DNA of 64,000 nt from Lentimicrobiaceae bacterium. Lineage in GTDB: Bacteria > Bacteroidota > Bacteroidia > Bacteroidales > JAAYJT01. The stretch lies in assembly GCA_037445555.1 (NCBI GenBank), contig JBBIKG010000009.1, positions 8,894-72,893 on the forward strand. The letters run 5' to 3'. Positions 11,817 through 23,787 of the stretch are shown here, in pieces. The notes under the pieces are model-generated. The model was not told where the DNA came from. It saw only the letters and a program-made list of their open reading frames with translations, and did no database searches. The translations under genes and the position numbers were made by a program. Position 1 is the first letter of the stretch, and each line of letters opens with the position of its first letter.

Positions 11817-13550
11817 TTACCGAGGCTTTTTCCGTTTCCCAGTAGCATCCTTTGGCTTAGACATCTTCTCAGGCTTCTTTTCTTCTTGCCGGCCATGAGG
11901 TCTGACGCCCTTGCGGTGGTCTAATTTGGTAGTCTGCCTGTATTCATGCTCAGAAATTCGCTCACTGGCCATTTCAATTCGGATCTTTTGCGGGTTCAGT
12001 TTTTCGTCGGCAAAGCAACGCTTCAGGGTTTCAACAGCCTGGCTGTCCACATCCAGAAATGAAAAGGCATGTTTGATGTCGATCCGGCCGATCTTAATCT
12101 GGTTGGACCGGGTGATCTCATTTACAATACGGATGATGTGCTCCGGAGAGATACGGTCTTTCCTCCCTACACTGATAAACATACGCTGGTAACGTCGGAC
12201 AGATGAGGGAGTATTATGACTGTCCTCGATGTTGAGGTCGGGGGCGTTCCGGTAGTAATCCAGAAACCGGTTGAACTCCAGTGCCACGAATCGTTTAATC
12301 AGTTCTTCTCTGTCTATCCATTCCAGTTTGCGGTAGATTACAGGGAGGTAGGAGTCGATCTCGCCGTGGTTCAATTCCACATTTTCCATTCGATCAATGT
12401 GATGAAAGAGCTGCTTTTCGCATACCTGCACACCTGTAGGTACTTTGGCGCGGGCAAATTCGCGCCCTACCTTTTTTTCAATTTCCCGGATCCGGTGTTT
12501 TTCCTTCAAATGGATAAGGGAGATACTGATGCCCGTTTTGTCGGCGCGGCCTGTTCTCCCGCTGCGATGAATATATATGTCGGGATCGTCGGGTAGATTG
12601 TAGTTGACAACATGGGTGAGATCGCTCACATCCAGGCCGCGTGCTGCCACATCAGTGGCTACCAGCATCTGAAGGCGGCCATCGCGGAAGCGTTTCATCA
12701 CATGGTCGCGTTGCGCCTGGCTGAGGTCGCCGTGCAACGAATCGGCGTTATATCCGTCCCTGATCAGGGAGTCGGCAATTTCCTGAGTTTCGGCTCGTGT
12801 GCGGCAAAAAATGATGGCATAGATGCGTGGATGAAAATCGGCTATGCGTTTCAAGGCAAGATACCTTTCTTTGGCATGAACCATGTAATAGATGTGTTTA
12901 ACATTGGCAGTTCCTGTATTGCGCTGGCCAATGGTTTTAATAACGGGATTGTTCATGTACCTTGCCAGGATACGTTCGACCTCCTCTGGCAGCGTAGCTG
13001 AAAACAGGAGGGTGTTTTTTGAACTGGGAGTTTCTTCAAGTATAGTATCTACTTCTTCCTGAAAACCCATGTCGAGCATTTCGTCGGCCTCGTCAAGAAC
13101 CACCCATTTCACATGACTCAGGTCGGCCTTCTTCCGGCGTATCATATCGTTGAGTCTTCCGGGAGTCGCTACTACCACCTGAGGATGATCAGCGAGCTGC
13201 CTGAGCTGGGAGTCGAAACTGGCACCACCATAAACCGGTACTATTTTTACAGCGTTCATGAAACGGGAAAACCCCTGAAGGTCGCGTGTTATCTGCAGGC
13301 AAAGTTCCCGGGTAGGGCATAGAATCAATGCCTGGATATGCCGGTCTGCCAAGTCGAGATGTTGCAGTATCGGCAGGCCAAACGCTGCGGTTTTTCCTGT
13401 TCCGGTTTGTGCCAGTCCAACCAGATCGCAAGGCTGGCTGAGCAGGATGGGTATAACCGTTTCCTGCACTGGCATAGGGGTGTGGTAACCAAGGGCATCA
13501 ACTGCTTTCAGTAGAGAAGGAATGAGGCCAAGTTCCTGAAAATTAAGCAT
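11817..13550 (-). CDS. DEAD-box ATP-dependent RNA helicase with DbpA-type C-terminal RNA-binding domain and Lys-rich tail
   Basis: Contains motifs AQTGTGKTAAF (I), PTRELC (Ia), VLDEADEML (II), FSATLP (III) and HRSGRTGRA (VI). Confidence 0.9.
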   Translation of the reverse strand: MLNFQELGLIPSLLKAVDALGYHTPMPVQETVIPILLSQPCDLVGLAQTGTGKTAAFGLPILQHLDLADRHIQALILCPTRELCLQITRDLQGFSRFMNAVKIVPVYGGASFDSQLRQLADHPQVVVATPGRLNDMIRRKKADLSHVKWVVLDEADEMLDMGFQEEVDTILEETPSSKNTLLFSATLPEEVERILARYMNNPVIKTIGQRNTGTANVKHIYYMVHAKERYLALKRIADFHPRIYAIIFCRTRAETQEIADSLIRDGYNADSLHGDLSQAQRDHVMKRFRDGRLQMLVATDVAARGLDVSDLTHVVNYNLPDDPDIYIHRSGRTGRADKTGISISLIHLKEKHRIREIEKKVGREFARAKVPTGVQVCEKQLFHHIDRMENVELNHGEIDSYLPVIYRKLEWIDREELIKRFVALEFNRFLDYYRNAPDLNIEDSHNTPSSVRRYQRMFISVGRKDRISPEHIIRIVNEITRSNQIKIGRIDIKHAFSFLDVDSQAVETLKRCFADEKLNPQKIRIEMASERISEHEYRQTTKLDHRKGVRPHGRQEEKKPEKMSKPKDATGKRKKPR

Positions 13551-13674
13551 GGAATAAAGATGAAAATTGAGCCGGCAAAGGTAGTCTTTATTATTGCACC
13601 TCGAACATAAGCCATCAGAAATACCCGTTATCCATTTTCAGAACGGATTACTGATGCCCCCGAAGTGACAGCAA

Positions 13675-15315
13675 TCATTTTTTCCGGCCATGGTAGTTCA
13701 CACCCCGATAGTCGAGCCGTAGTTTATGAGACTCGAGCCGAATGAGAAAATCGTCGTAATTGCGCTTATCCGTTGGAGACCAAACTACTTCGGCCAGGGC
13801 AATGGCACGGGGGTAGGCCATATATTCCGCATGTTCCGGTGTTTTTATGTATTCGGTCCACAAATTTCCCTGGGCACCTATGATATATGTTGCTTCTTCG
13901 GGGGTCAGCTCTTGGGGTGTGGGTTCGAAAGCGTACACCTTCTCGAGTGGGTTAAAGCAGCAGATAGCCAACGGTTCCAGGCTCGGGTCGGCCTGGTAGT
14001 GGTCGAAATAACACGGCGATCCGGGGGTCATGATTACCGGATGTTTGAGTCGGGCAGTTTCGATGCCTCCCTGAGTGCCACGCCACGACATGACGGTGGC
14101 ATTGGGGGCAAGTCCGCCTTCAAGTATCTCGTCCCATCCAATTATATTGCGCCCTTGACTGTTCAGAAACTTTTCAATCCTGGTGACAAAATACGATTGT
14201 AGCTGGTGTTCATCGGCCAGTTTTTCGCTGCGTATGCGGCGCTGACATTTCGGGCATGCTTTCCATCGTGTCTTGGGTGCTTCGTCGCCGCCAATATGAA
14301 TGTACGGCGAAGGGAACAGGTGCATCACTTCGGTCAGCACCCCTTCCAGAAACTCAAATACCTGTTCGTTTCCGGCGCAATATATATTCTCGCTCACGCC
14401 CCACCATGTCCAAACTTCGAACGGTCCACCAGTGCACGACAGGTGAGGATAAGACGCCAACGCGGCCTGTGCATGCCCGGGCAACTCTATTTCAGGTATC
14501 ACCGTTATAAAACGTTTTCTGGCATACTCAACAATATCGCGCACTTCATCCTGGGTGTAAAATCCTCCGTAAGGGATGCTATCCTGGCCTTCGTTGCGGC
14601 CAACAGGCGAGCTTTTTCGCCACGCGCCCACACTCGTCAGCAGTGGATATTTCTTTATTTCTATTCGCCACCCCTGATCCTCAGTGAGATGCCAGTGAAA
14701 GGAATTCATCTTATGCATGGCCATCAGGTCGATATATTTCTTAATGAAACCAACCGGAAACATATGGCGGCATACATCAAGATGTAATCCCCGGTACGAA
14801 TAGCGCGGATAATCGGTGATTTTGCACCTGGGCAGGGGTATTACCGGTTTAGAAAATCCGATGTTCTTCTCAATTTCTGCAGGCATGAGCTGGAAGAGGG
14901 TCTGCAGTCCGTTAAATAATCCATGACTTTGGTTGGCCAGGATGCGTACACTTTTTTTATCCACTTCAAGCTCATACCCTTCGGCGCCCAGCAGGGGGTT
15001 GTCAGCAGAGGTTATCAACAAAATGGTATTTTTCATTCCTGAATCACCGGTGGTAATAACCTCAGGCGATACGCCAGTGGCCAGTTCAATTCTTTCGGAA
15101 AGAAAGCCGGCCAGCTCAACCAGCGAAACTTCATCGGACTCAGTCACTATCTTTGTTTTGGACGTGATGGTAAAGGTACCGGGACGCATCTCAGCAAATA
15201 CCGGTTCAGGAATGACTGACGGTTTGGGTTGGATATTGCTGCATGAAGCAAAGAAAAGTACCAAATACCCGCTGACCAGGATGAATAGAAGCTTAAAACA
15301 GGGTTTGTTTTTCAT
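13675..15315 (-). CDS. GH20 beta-N-acetylhexosaminidase (exported)
   Basis: Signal peptide ending in Cys, followed by HWHLTEDQGWRIE and IHIGGDE catalytic blocks. 546 aa. Confidence 0.88.
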   Translation of the reverse strand: MKNKPCFKLLFILVSGYLVLFFASCSNIQPKPSVIPEPVFAEMRPGTFTITSKTKIVTESDEVSLVELAGFLSERIELATGVSPEVITTGDSGMKNTILLITSADNPLLGAEGYELEVDKKSVRILANQSHGLFNGLQTLFQLMPAEIEKNIGFSKPVIPLPRCKITDYPRYSYRGLHLDVCRHMFPVGFIKKYIDLMAMHKMNSFHWHLTEDQGWRIEIKKYPLLTSVGAWRKSSPVGRNEGQDSIPYGGFYTQDEVRDIVEYARKRFITVIPEIELPGHAQAALASYPHLSCTGGPFEVWTWWGVSENIYCAGNEQVFEFLEGVLTEVMHLFPSPYIHIGGDEAPKTRWKACPKCQRRIRSEKLADEHQLQSYFVTRIEKFLNSQGRNIIGWDEILEGGLAPNATVMSWRGTQGGIETARLKHPVIMTPGSPCYFDHYQADPSLEPLAICCFNPLEKVYAFEPTPQELTPEEATYIIGAQGNLWTEYIKTPEHAEYMAYPRAIALAEVVWSPTDKRNYDDFLIRLESHKLRLDYRGVNYHGRKK

Positions 15316-15334
15316 GTCGAGTTTTAGTTACAGA

Positions 15335-15361
15335 AATGGCCTTCTGCGACAGAAGGCCATT
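15335..15361 (-). terminator. intercistronic stem-loop (possible terminator/processing site) between the YeiH-like and GH20 genes
   Basis: 11-bp perfect stem AATGGCCTTCT / AGAAGGCCATT with a 5-nt loop. No clear T tract on either strand, so function is uncertain. Confidence 0.4.
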
Positions 15362-15413
15362 GATTTATGAAACAGCCCGTCTGGCTGCAGTGATAGGTAT
15401 AAGAATTTGCCCT

Positions 15414-16685
15414 CTACTGGTATAACATTCCAAAAAGGATATAGGCCACCACCAGCGTGAGAAGGATATTGAAGGTTTGTGCGATGAGGAATGCCCATAA
15501 CGGCCGGCCTTTTTCCATACTCACGAGGTCTTTGAAACGAGTTTCAAGCCCAATACACACAAAGGCAAGGTTGAACCAAAGCGACTGATAGCTCTTAATG
15601 ACGGGCTGGCTGGCCTTCACCGTGTCGGGGTTGATAAAGAAGGAGAACAGGAGGGAGGCGAAGATAAAGCCAAGCACAAACTTTGGAAAACGTTCCCAGA
15701 TGACTCTGGCAGTGGGTTTTTCGGCATTGGTTGTATTGGCGGCCTGGCGGAATGTCCAGAGAATGGCAATGAGGAAGGCGGCGACGCCAAGCAGGATGTT
15801 CTGCGAAAATTTTACAATTGTCGCTATATCGAGAGCTTCTTTGCCAGCGATAGTACCTGCGGCCGCTACGGCTGCCGTGGTATCGACGGATCCGCCCAGC
15901 CATGCACCTGTGACTGCCGGAGTCAGGCCAATCCATTTGGCAAGCAGGGGCATGAAAATCATCATCGGAATAGCTACTACAAGGACAAGCGAAATAGTGT
16001 AACTGAGTTTCTTGCTGTCGCCTTTGATGGCGCCTGCCGTAGCAATAGCCGCCGAAACCCCGCAAATGCTCACAGCACTGGCGAGTATAGCACTCAGCTC
16101 ATCATCCACCTTAAACTTCCTGGCAATCCAGAAAGCAAAATACCATACGGCCAAAACAACAATGATTGCCTGCACAAGGCCGTATACGCCTGCCTTCATG
16201 ATTTCAGCAAAAAGAATGGTGGCCCCCAGGAGTACCAGACCTGCCTTAATGTAAAACTCACTCTGGATGCCTTCTTTCAGCCATTTAGGTGTTTTGAGCA
16301 CGTTGCTGATAAACAGGCCTATGAGCAAGGAAAACAGCACCGTTTCGAAGCCAAGGTTTTTCATTGAACCGCTTGAAGCAATGAACTGGGCAAGCATAGA
16401 AAGGATGAATACCAAAGGAAAGGCAATCAGCAGGGATTTGATGTTCTTTCGCATCAGAAATGCGCCTGCAACGGCAAATAGAAAGAAATAGAAAAACGTG
16501 GCTACCAGACGCATGGTGTTGCCGGTGGTGAATACGTCCTTGCTTAAGACAGTCCATCCGCTCCAGCCTTCCTTAGGCCCAAATTTTGGCATTTCAGGAA
16601 AAAAATTGGCGGCTGCCACAAGCAACAGCATGATCAATCCGATCACAACTGCGGTCCAGTCTTCGGTGAGTTTAAGTTTTTTCAT
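15414..16685 (-). CDS. YeiH/UPF0324-family membrane protein (putative sulfate exporter family)
   Basis: 423 aa with about 10-11 predicted TM helices. The overall sequence pattern fits the YeiH family. The call is from family resemblance only. Confidence 0.65.
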   Translation of the reverse strand: MKKLKLTEDWTAVVIGLIMLLLVAAANFFPEMPKFGPKEGWSGWTVLSKDVFTTGNTMRLVATFFYFFLFAVAGAFLMRKNIKSLLIAFPLVFILSMLAQFIASSGSMKNLGFETVLFSLLIGLFISNVLKTPKWLKEGIQSEFYIKAGLVLLGATILFAEIMKAGVYGLVQAIIVVLAVWYFAFWIARKFKVDDELSAILASAVSICGVSAAIATAGAIKGDSKKLSYTISLVLVVAIPMMIFMPLLAKWIGLTPAVTGAWLGGSVDTTAAVAAAGTIAGKEALDIATIVKFSQNILLGVAAFLIAILWTFRQAANTTNAEKPTARVIWERFPKFVLGFIFASLLFSFFINPDTVKASQPVIKSYQSLWFNLAFVCIGLETRFKDLVSMEKGRPLWAFLIAQTFNILLTLVVAYILFGMLYQ

Positions 16686-16776
16686 GGCGGAAAAGGTCTT
16701 GGTTTGTGCAAATATAAATAAGTATGGAAATTTCCAATGCTTTCGGAATAATATTGTAGGTCGTGGTCACAAAATG

Positions 16777-16822
16777 AAAAAACTGTTTCAATGCATCCCG
16801 GGTGGGTGTTTGAAACAGTTTT
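16777..16822 (-). terminator. rho-independent terminator downstream of tRNA-Met
   Basis: 13-bp stem AAAACTGTTTCAA / TTGAAACAGTTTT with a 17-18 nt loop. On the minus strand the stem runs into TTTTTTCATTTTG. Confidence 0.65.
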
Positions 16823-16828
16823 ATGCAG

Positions 16829-16902
16829 TAGCGGGGACGAGAGTTGAACTCGTGACCTTCGGGTTATGAATCCGACGCTCTAACCTCCTGAGCTACCCCG
16901 CC
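16829..16902 (-). tRNA. tRNA with CAT anticodon (elongator Met; lysidine-modified Ile2 cannot be excluded)
   Basis: The reverse complement folds as a cloverleaf: GGCGGGG-TA-GCTCAGGAGGTTAGAGC-G-TCGGA-TTCATAA-CCCGA-AGGTC-ACGAG-TTCAACT-CTCGT-CCCCGCT-A. It lacks the three G-C pairs of an initiator anticodon stem. Confidence 0.82.
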
Positions 16903-16960
16903 GTCTTTTTTGAGGATGCAAATGTAAAAAAAAAATTACTTGCCCTGAGTGCCCGTTTTC

Positions 16961-18085
16961 TTATAGTTGTGAAATGTGTTTATGGTACCGAACCCCTCTT
17001 GCTGCCTGTTCGGTAAGTAAAAATTCAACAAGTGCCCCATGGCGGGTGATATGCTCAGGTACAAATATCCCAGAATCCGTAAACTTGCGGCTCGCAAGCA
17101 TCCTCAGTGCAGCAGTGGCGGCATAGCCGGTGGTGCGCGCCATACTGTGGATGCCCTGGTCATATTCGTCGTACAGGCTCCAGGTTACTGAAGTCCTGAT
17201 CCCGTTAAGAGTGCCGGTCACCACGATCTTCATTACCGTGATGTCTTGTTCACCGGGAGTCAGTTGCCATTGTGAGAACAACAACCTTGAAGTAAGCTGC
17301 CTGGGGATAACCTGCTGATGACCGATATCGACCGGTTGGGTATCAAAGAATCCCGCGTGCGCCAGTACCTGCATCAGCTCACGATGGCCGGGATAGCGCA
17401 GGGTCTTTTCAACCATATCGGGCATAGGAAACGTATGAATGAGAGAGCGCAGGCCATCGCTGTTGAAGGCCTCTAGTGTGCCAACGCCTTCGACCTCGAT
17501 CAACTCGGGCTCTGACAGGGCGGGTAATTCAATCACTTTGCCATGGCGGACCAGCCGGGCGGGGCGTGTGTATTCTTCTATTACGTCGGCAGGCGAAAAG
17601 ACCGCCTTATATTGCCAGGGCCATGTTCGAACCCTGGGAAGACCTCCCACAAAAATTTCCAGCTTTTCGCACGTGTCGAGCATTGCGGCCGAAAATGCTG
17701 CTAGCACATTACTCATGCCGGGTGCAACACCCATGTCGCTTATTAGGGTACACCCGTTGTCTTGGGCCACAGGATTGAGCAACAAAGCATCTTCAGGCAT
17801 AAAAGTGATGTCCACACCATTTTTCCCACACCGGGCGAGAGTTTCGAGTGTGCTGAAACCCAGACGACCGGGAACGGCACTTACAACAAAATCGGCAGGT
17901 TGAACAAGCTTAGCTACTGTATCTTTGTCTGAGAGATCGGCTTGCACTGTCTCTACGTTCGCTGTCTTTTTTATGCGCACCAGAGCATCCGTACTGATAT
18001 CGGCCACTGTTACCCTGAAATCAGCGGAAAGATCGACTGCAATAGGTCCTCCGACTAGTCCGCATCCTAAAACTATTACATGCAT
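16961..18085 (-). CDS. saccharopine dehydrogenase-family NAD(P) oxidoreductase
   Basis: N-terminal Rossmann motif VIVLGCGLVGGPIAVDL and a 374-aa two-domain layout typical of the saccharopine/carboxynorspermidine dehydrogenase family. The substrate is not assignable. Confidence 0.7.
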   Translation of the reverse strand: MHVIVLGCGLVGGPIAVDLSADFRVTVADISTDALVRIKKTANVETVQADLSDKDTVAKLVQPADFVVSAVPGRLGFSTLETLARCGKNGVDITFMPEDALLLNPVAQDNGCTLISDMGVAPGMSNVLAAFSAAMLDTCEKLEIFVGGLPRVRTWPWQYKAVFSPADVIEEYTRPARLVRHGKVIELPALSEPELIEVEGVGTLEAFNSDGLRSLIHTFPMPDMVEKTLRYPGHRELMQVLAHAGFFDTQPVDIGHQQVIPRQLTSRLLFSQWQLTPGEQDITVMKIVVTGTLNGIRTSVTWSLYDEYDQGIHSMARTTGYAATAALRMLASRKFTDSGIFVPEHITRHGALVEFLLTEQAARGVRYHKHISQL

Positions 18086-18088
18086 ATA

Positions 18089-19021
18089 CTAGGTTTTAGA
18101 AGTGTTTTTTGATTGATTTATTTTTAGCCATCTCCAGCCGCCAAAAACACCGGATTGCGATAGCACCACGCCTGTCACCACCAGTATGATGCCTGTAATC
18201 TTATTTACACCGATGGTTTCAGATATCAGGAAATATGATGTGATGGCTGTAAAGACCGGTATCAGGTTGGAAAAAATGTTTGTACGGCTTATGCCGAGAT
18301 GTTTGGTTACAATTGTGTAAAGCACAAATGCCAGCGATGATGCAAAAAAGGCCAGCTGGAGAAGTGCCGAAATCAGCCGCATATCCGGAGTGACCTGTAA
18401 AAAGTATTTAGATTCGAAAATCAGAAAGAACGGAAGAAAATACACGACACCTATCATGTTCTGTACCTTGATGATAGTAAGGGCTGAATACAGGCCTGCC
18501 AGCCTTTTGAGCAATACACTGTAAACCACAGCTACCAGCACGGCCATCACCAGGAAGGCTACTCCCACGACCGGGGCTGCCAGCGAAAAATCTGACCTGA
18601 ACAACATAATTAAGATGCCTACAAAAGAAATGATCATTCCAAGGTAATTCATCCAAGTGAGCTTTTCTTTGAGCAAAAGCACACCCATCACCGGGGTAAG
18701 CAGGGGTATGGTGGCGATGATCACGGCCGATACAGTAGGTGAGGTCATGAGCAATCCGTAATTTTCGCCCAAAAAATACAGGAAAGGATTCAATAGTGCC
18801 GACAGGGCGAAAAGCCGGTAGTGTTCGCGATGTATTTTCTCCCCTGGGGTAAAAATATGTGCCATGGCCAGCAAGATTACCGACGACAGGACAAGTCGGA
18901 GAAAGACCGTAGTAATCGGGCGGTAATATTCAAAAACGATGGTGGACCAAACAAAACTCAGGCCCCAAAAAATCATGGCAAGTAGGGCAAGAATGTAGAT
19001 GTAGGCTTTTTGGTATCTCAT
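18089..19021 (-). CDS. DMT-superfamily (EamA-type) transporter
   Basis: About 10 TM helices in two EamA-like halves. The track start is TTG 19039. ATG 19021 is preferred. Confidence 0.78.
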   Translation of the reverse strand: MRYQKAYIYILALLAMIFWGLSFVWSTIVFEYYRPITTVFLRLVLSSVILLAMAHIFTPGEKIHREHYRLFALSALLNPFLYFLGENYGLLMTSPTVSAVIIATIPLLTPVMGVLLLKEKLTWMNYLGMIISFVGILIMLFRSDFSLAAPVVGVAFLVMAVLVAVVYSVLLKRLAGLYSALTIIKVQNMIGVVYFLPFFLIFESKYFLQVTPDMRLISALLQLAFFASSLAFVLYTIVTKHLGISRTNIFSNLIPVFTAITSYFLISETIGVNKITGIILVVTGVVLSQSGVFGGWRWLKINQSKNTSKT

Positions 19022-19167
19022 CTGCAGGTGAACGGGCAAAGATATTCAGAAACATTATCCGTGCAGGCGCATTTTATGGCAATATCAGAGCGTTTTTTGG
19101 AACATTTTTTGTCAGTTGTAACAAATAGGTGAAGTTTTGCGTCATATACTATCAAAAATACCAAACC

Positions 19168-19875
19168 ATGAAAAAACTGATTACCAAGGTAATGCTCATT
19201 ATGTCTGCCATGCTGCTGGCCTCGTGCGAGAATGTGCTGGTTGGAAGCGGAAATATCGTCAAAAAGACATTCGATGTTGGTTCGTTCAGCGCCATTAAAG
19301 TCAGCGGCGTATTCAAGGTGGTTCTTACCCAGGGGGCTTCGGAGCAGGTGGTGATTGAAGCCGACGATAACCTGATGCGCCTCGTGAATGTGGATGTGAG
19401 AGGCGGAACACTGGAGATTGGCACCTCAAATTATACCTTCAGCAACCCTACGCTCCGCGCCTTCATCACAATACGCACCCTGGAACAGATGACCATCAAC
19501 GGAGCGGCAACTGTTAAGTGTGAAAACGTGTTGAAATTGGATAACCTTTCCATCAATAGCAACGGAGCTTCAAAAATCGATCTGGAGGTGTCATGCAGGC
19601 ATCTTGCCGTTGAGGTGGATGGTGCTGCCATGCTCGACGTGGAAGGCGAAGCTGATAGGATAGACGTTGAGATATCGGGAGCCGGCAAACTGAGTGCCCG
19701 CGACTGTAAAACCCAGACCGCTTCCTTGCGGATCAGCGGAGCAGGCATGGCCACTGTAAATGTAGAGGACGAGCTGAAAGTAAAAATTACCGGTGCAGGC
19801 AGTGTTAAATATTACGGCGATCCCAGGCTGTATACGGATGTCTCGGTCGCGGCCTCAATCAGGAAAATGGACTAA
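19168..19875 (+). CDS. exported DUF2807 / head GIN-domain (beta-helix) protein
   Basis: Signal peptide with lipobox-like LLASC. Repeated ...G.G.L.V...A...V.ISGAG... strands are typical of the putative auto-transporter adhesin head GIN domain. Confidence 0.6.
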   Translation: MKKLITKVMLIMSAMLLASCENVLVGSGNIVKKTFDVGSFSAIKVSGVFKVVLTQGASEQVVIEADDNLMRLVNVDVRGGTLEIGTSNYTFSNPTLRAFITIRTLEQMTINGAATVKCENVLKLDNLSINSNGASKIDLEVSCRHLAVEVDGAAMLDVEGEADRIDVEISGAGKLSARDCKTQTASLRISGAGMATVNVEDELKVKITGAGSVKYYGDPRLYTDVSVAASIRKMD

Positions 19876-19889
19876 TTCGTTATGCAGTT

Positions 19890-21959
<2,070 letters not shown>

Positions 21960-21970
21960 TTAGGAAGATT

Positions 21971-22558
21971 CTAGGAGCAGGCAGCTAACAGCTTCTCGAC
22001 CTGCATCAAGTTTTGCCGCTTTACTTCGTTACGAAGCTTCTGGGCCGAAAGGGTAAAATACTCATGCCTCCGTAGAAAATCATATTGAATATTATACCAT
22101 TCGGTCAAATCGGTTATGTGGCCTTTATAGCCCCATTCGCAGCGCAGTTTGTCAGCAATCGTAAAAAAATCGGTCCTGCCCAGATAGTCCATATCTGCAT
22201 CGCACAGTACCTTTCCTATCAGACCGCAGGCTTTTTGCGGCAGTTCGGTGCAACGTATCATCCGGCAAATTTTTTCAATTTGTTCATCATTGTACCCAAA
22301 GCCGGGTAACACTTCCCTGACTATCACAATGGATGCCTGTTCATGGTTTTCATACGCAACTAGCATTCCTGAGTCGTGATAGAGGGCTGCTGTCTCAGCC
22401 AGAATGCAATCGTCGGGTTCCACACCTTCGAGTGCAAGCAGCCTGACACAGGCACTGTGCACATCAAGGGTATGATCCACACTGTGATAGAGCAAACGCG
22501 GGTCGAGATCATTTTTCAGCTTCCGGATAATGTATTCTTTTGCTTTTTCCAGGTCCAT
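21971..22558 (-). CDS. HD-domain phosphohydrolase-family protein
   Basis: H...HD signature (YHSVDHTLDV ... AALYHDSGM) in a 195-aa all-helical protein. Confidence 0.7.
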   Translation of the reverse strand: MDLEKAKEYIIRKLKNDLDPRLLYHSVDHTLDVHSACVRLLALEGVEPDDCILAETAALYHDSGMLVAYENHEQASIVIVREVLPGFGYNDEQIEKICRMIRCTELPQKACGLIGKVLCDADMDYLGRTDFFTIADKLRCEWGYKGHITDLTEWYNIQYDFLRRHEYFTLSAQKLRNEVKRQNLMQVEKLLAACS

Positions 22559-22715
22559 GAGTGGTGCAAATGTTTCGTAAAATTAAGGTTTTATAGCATA
22601 CATTGCGACATCGTGGCGACACAGGATTTACGGTTGAAAAGAACAATGCCTGCTGTAGGGCAGGCACTGAACCGGAGAGGCAGAAATATTTAATGCCGGC
22701 GAAATCAATATAGCA

Positions 22716-23555
22716 TCAGAGCCCAAGAATCTCGTAGTTGAACTTACGGGGATTGATGCACATGACAGGGATTTGTGATGAGTTGAAGATGATTTCTTCA
22801 TCGTAGCTGCCCAGCAGGAATGAGGTAAACCCTTTGTCGGGGTTGGTCATGATCATGATCAGGTCGGCGTTGGTTGATGTGGCTTCATCGATAACAATTT
22901 TGGAGAAATTGCCTTTTGGGGCACTCTTGAGGCTGTGGGCCACTCCGTTCTTTTCAAAGTAGGCGGCGATGGTTCTGGCGGTAGATTTAACTACTTCAGG
23001 CGCATCATGTTCGAGCAAAACATGAATTGTTGATCCAAACTGCTTGGCAAGAAAGACCGCCCAGGTTGTTTTTTCCCATGGCCCTGCTTCGCTTGTGATG
23101 GGAAGCACCACATTTTTATAACCCCTGTCGAAGGTCCGTTTGTGAACCACAATCACCGGGCAGGGTGAGGCAACGATTACCTTGAGTGCGAAACTACCGG
23201 TAAGATGCTGGATGCCAACCTTCCCATGTGTTCCTAGAAACATCAGGGTTGCACCCAGGTCGCGAGCCACTTCTGGGATGACATCGAAAATATTGCCTTC
23301 AACAGCCTTGGTTTCCACAATGACTGAAAATTGGGCTTTCAATTCATCAGCTAACGCACCAAGTTTATTATTGATGGCTGCTTGCTCGAGGTTCTCTTCT
23401 TTCAGGTATGCTTTGGTTTCTTTGGTAATGACATGCAGCAAAACAAGGTTAAATCCCAGCGACCTAGCAGCAGCGGCAGCCTGGTTAGCTGCATTGGCGC
23501 ATACTTCAGAAAAATCGGTTGGCACAAGGATGATGTTTTTCATTTTAGAATCCAT
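22716..23555 (-). CDS. tandem universal stress protein (UspA family)
   Basis: Two UspA halves (KNIILVPTDFSE... and YKNVVLPITSEA...), each ending in a G-x2-G-x9-G(S/T)-like block (GTHGKVGIQHLTGSFA). The first 40 codons of the track ORF look non-coding, so ATG 23555 or 23543 is preferred. Confidence 0.78.
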   Translation of the reverse strand: MDSKMKNIILVPTDFSEVCANAANQAAAAARSLGFNLVLLHVITKETKAYLKEENLEQAAINNKLGALADELKAQFSVIVETKAVEGNIFDVIPEVARDLGATLMFLGTHGKVGIQHLTGSFALKVIVASPCPVIVVHKRTFDRGYKNVVLPITSEAGPWEKTTWAVFLAKQFGSTIHVLLEHDAPEVVKSTARTIAAYFEKNGVAHSLKSAPKGNFSKIVIDEATSTNADLIMIMTNPDKGFTSFLLGSYDEEIIFNSSQIPVMCINPRKFNYEILGL

Positions 23556-23787
23556 AGTGTAAAGATTTTGGTGTGATATGTCTTTATTTGCTTTATTATC
23601 AGCAGACCTACAAAAATACAATAAAACTGATGTGGGAGCAAGAAGTTCAATAAAATAACGACGGTTTATCACCACTGTTCGATTTGCCTTACTTTTGCCG
23701 AAGTTGTTAAATCTGTTATGGGAAGGGAAACTTATTAACTCACCCGGATACTTATTCCTATTTCACAAAAATTAAAATCATGGATGT

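Noticed and set aside
23556-23675. The N-terminal 40-codon extension of the universal stress protein ORF in the track.
   Set aside because: It starts at a non-ATG codon and has no Usp-like sequence. The Usp domain begins right after ATG 23555/23543, so the extension is most likely untranslated leader.
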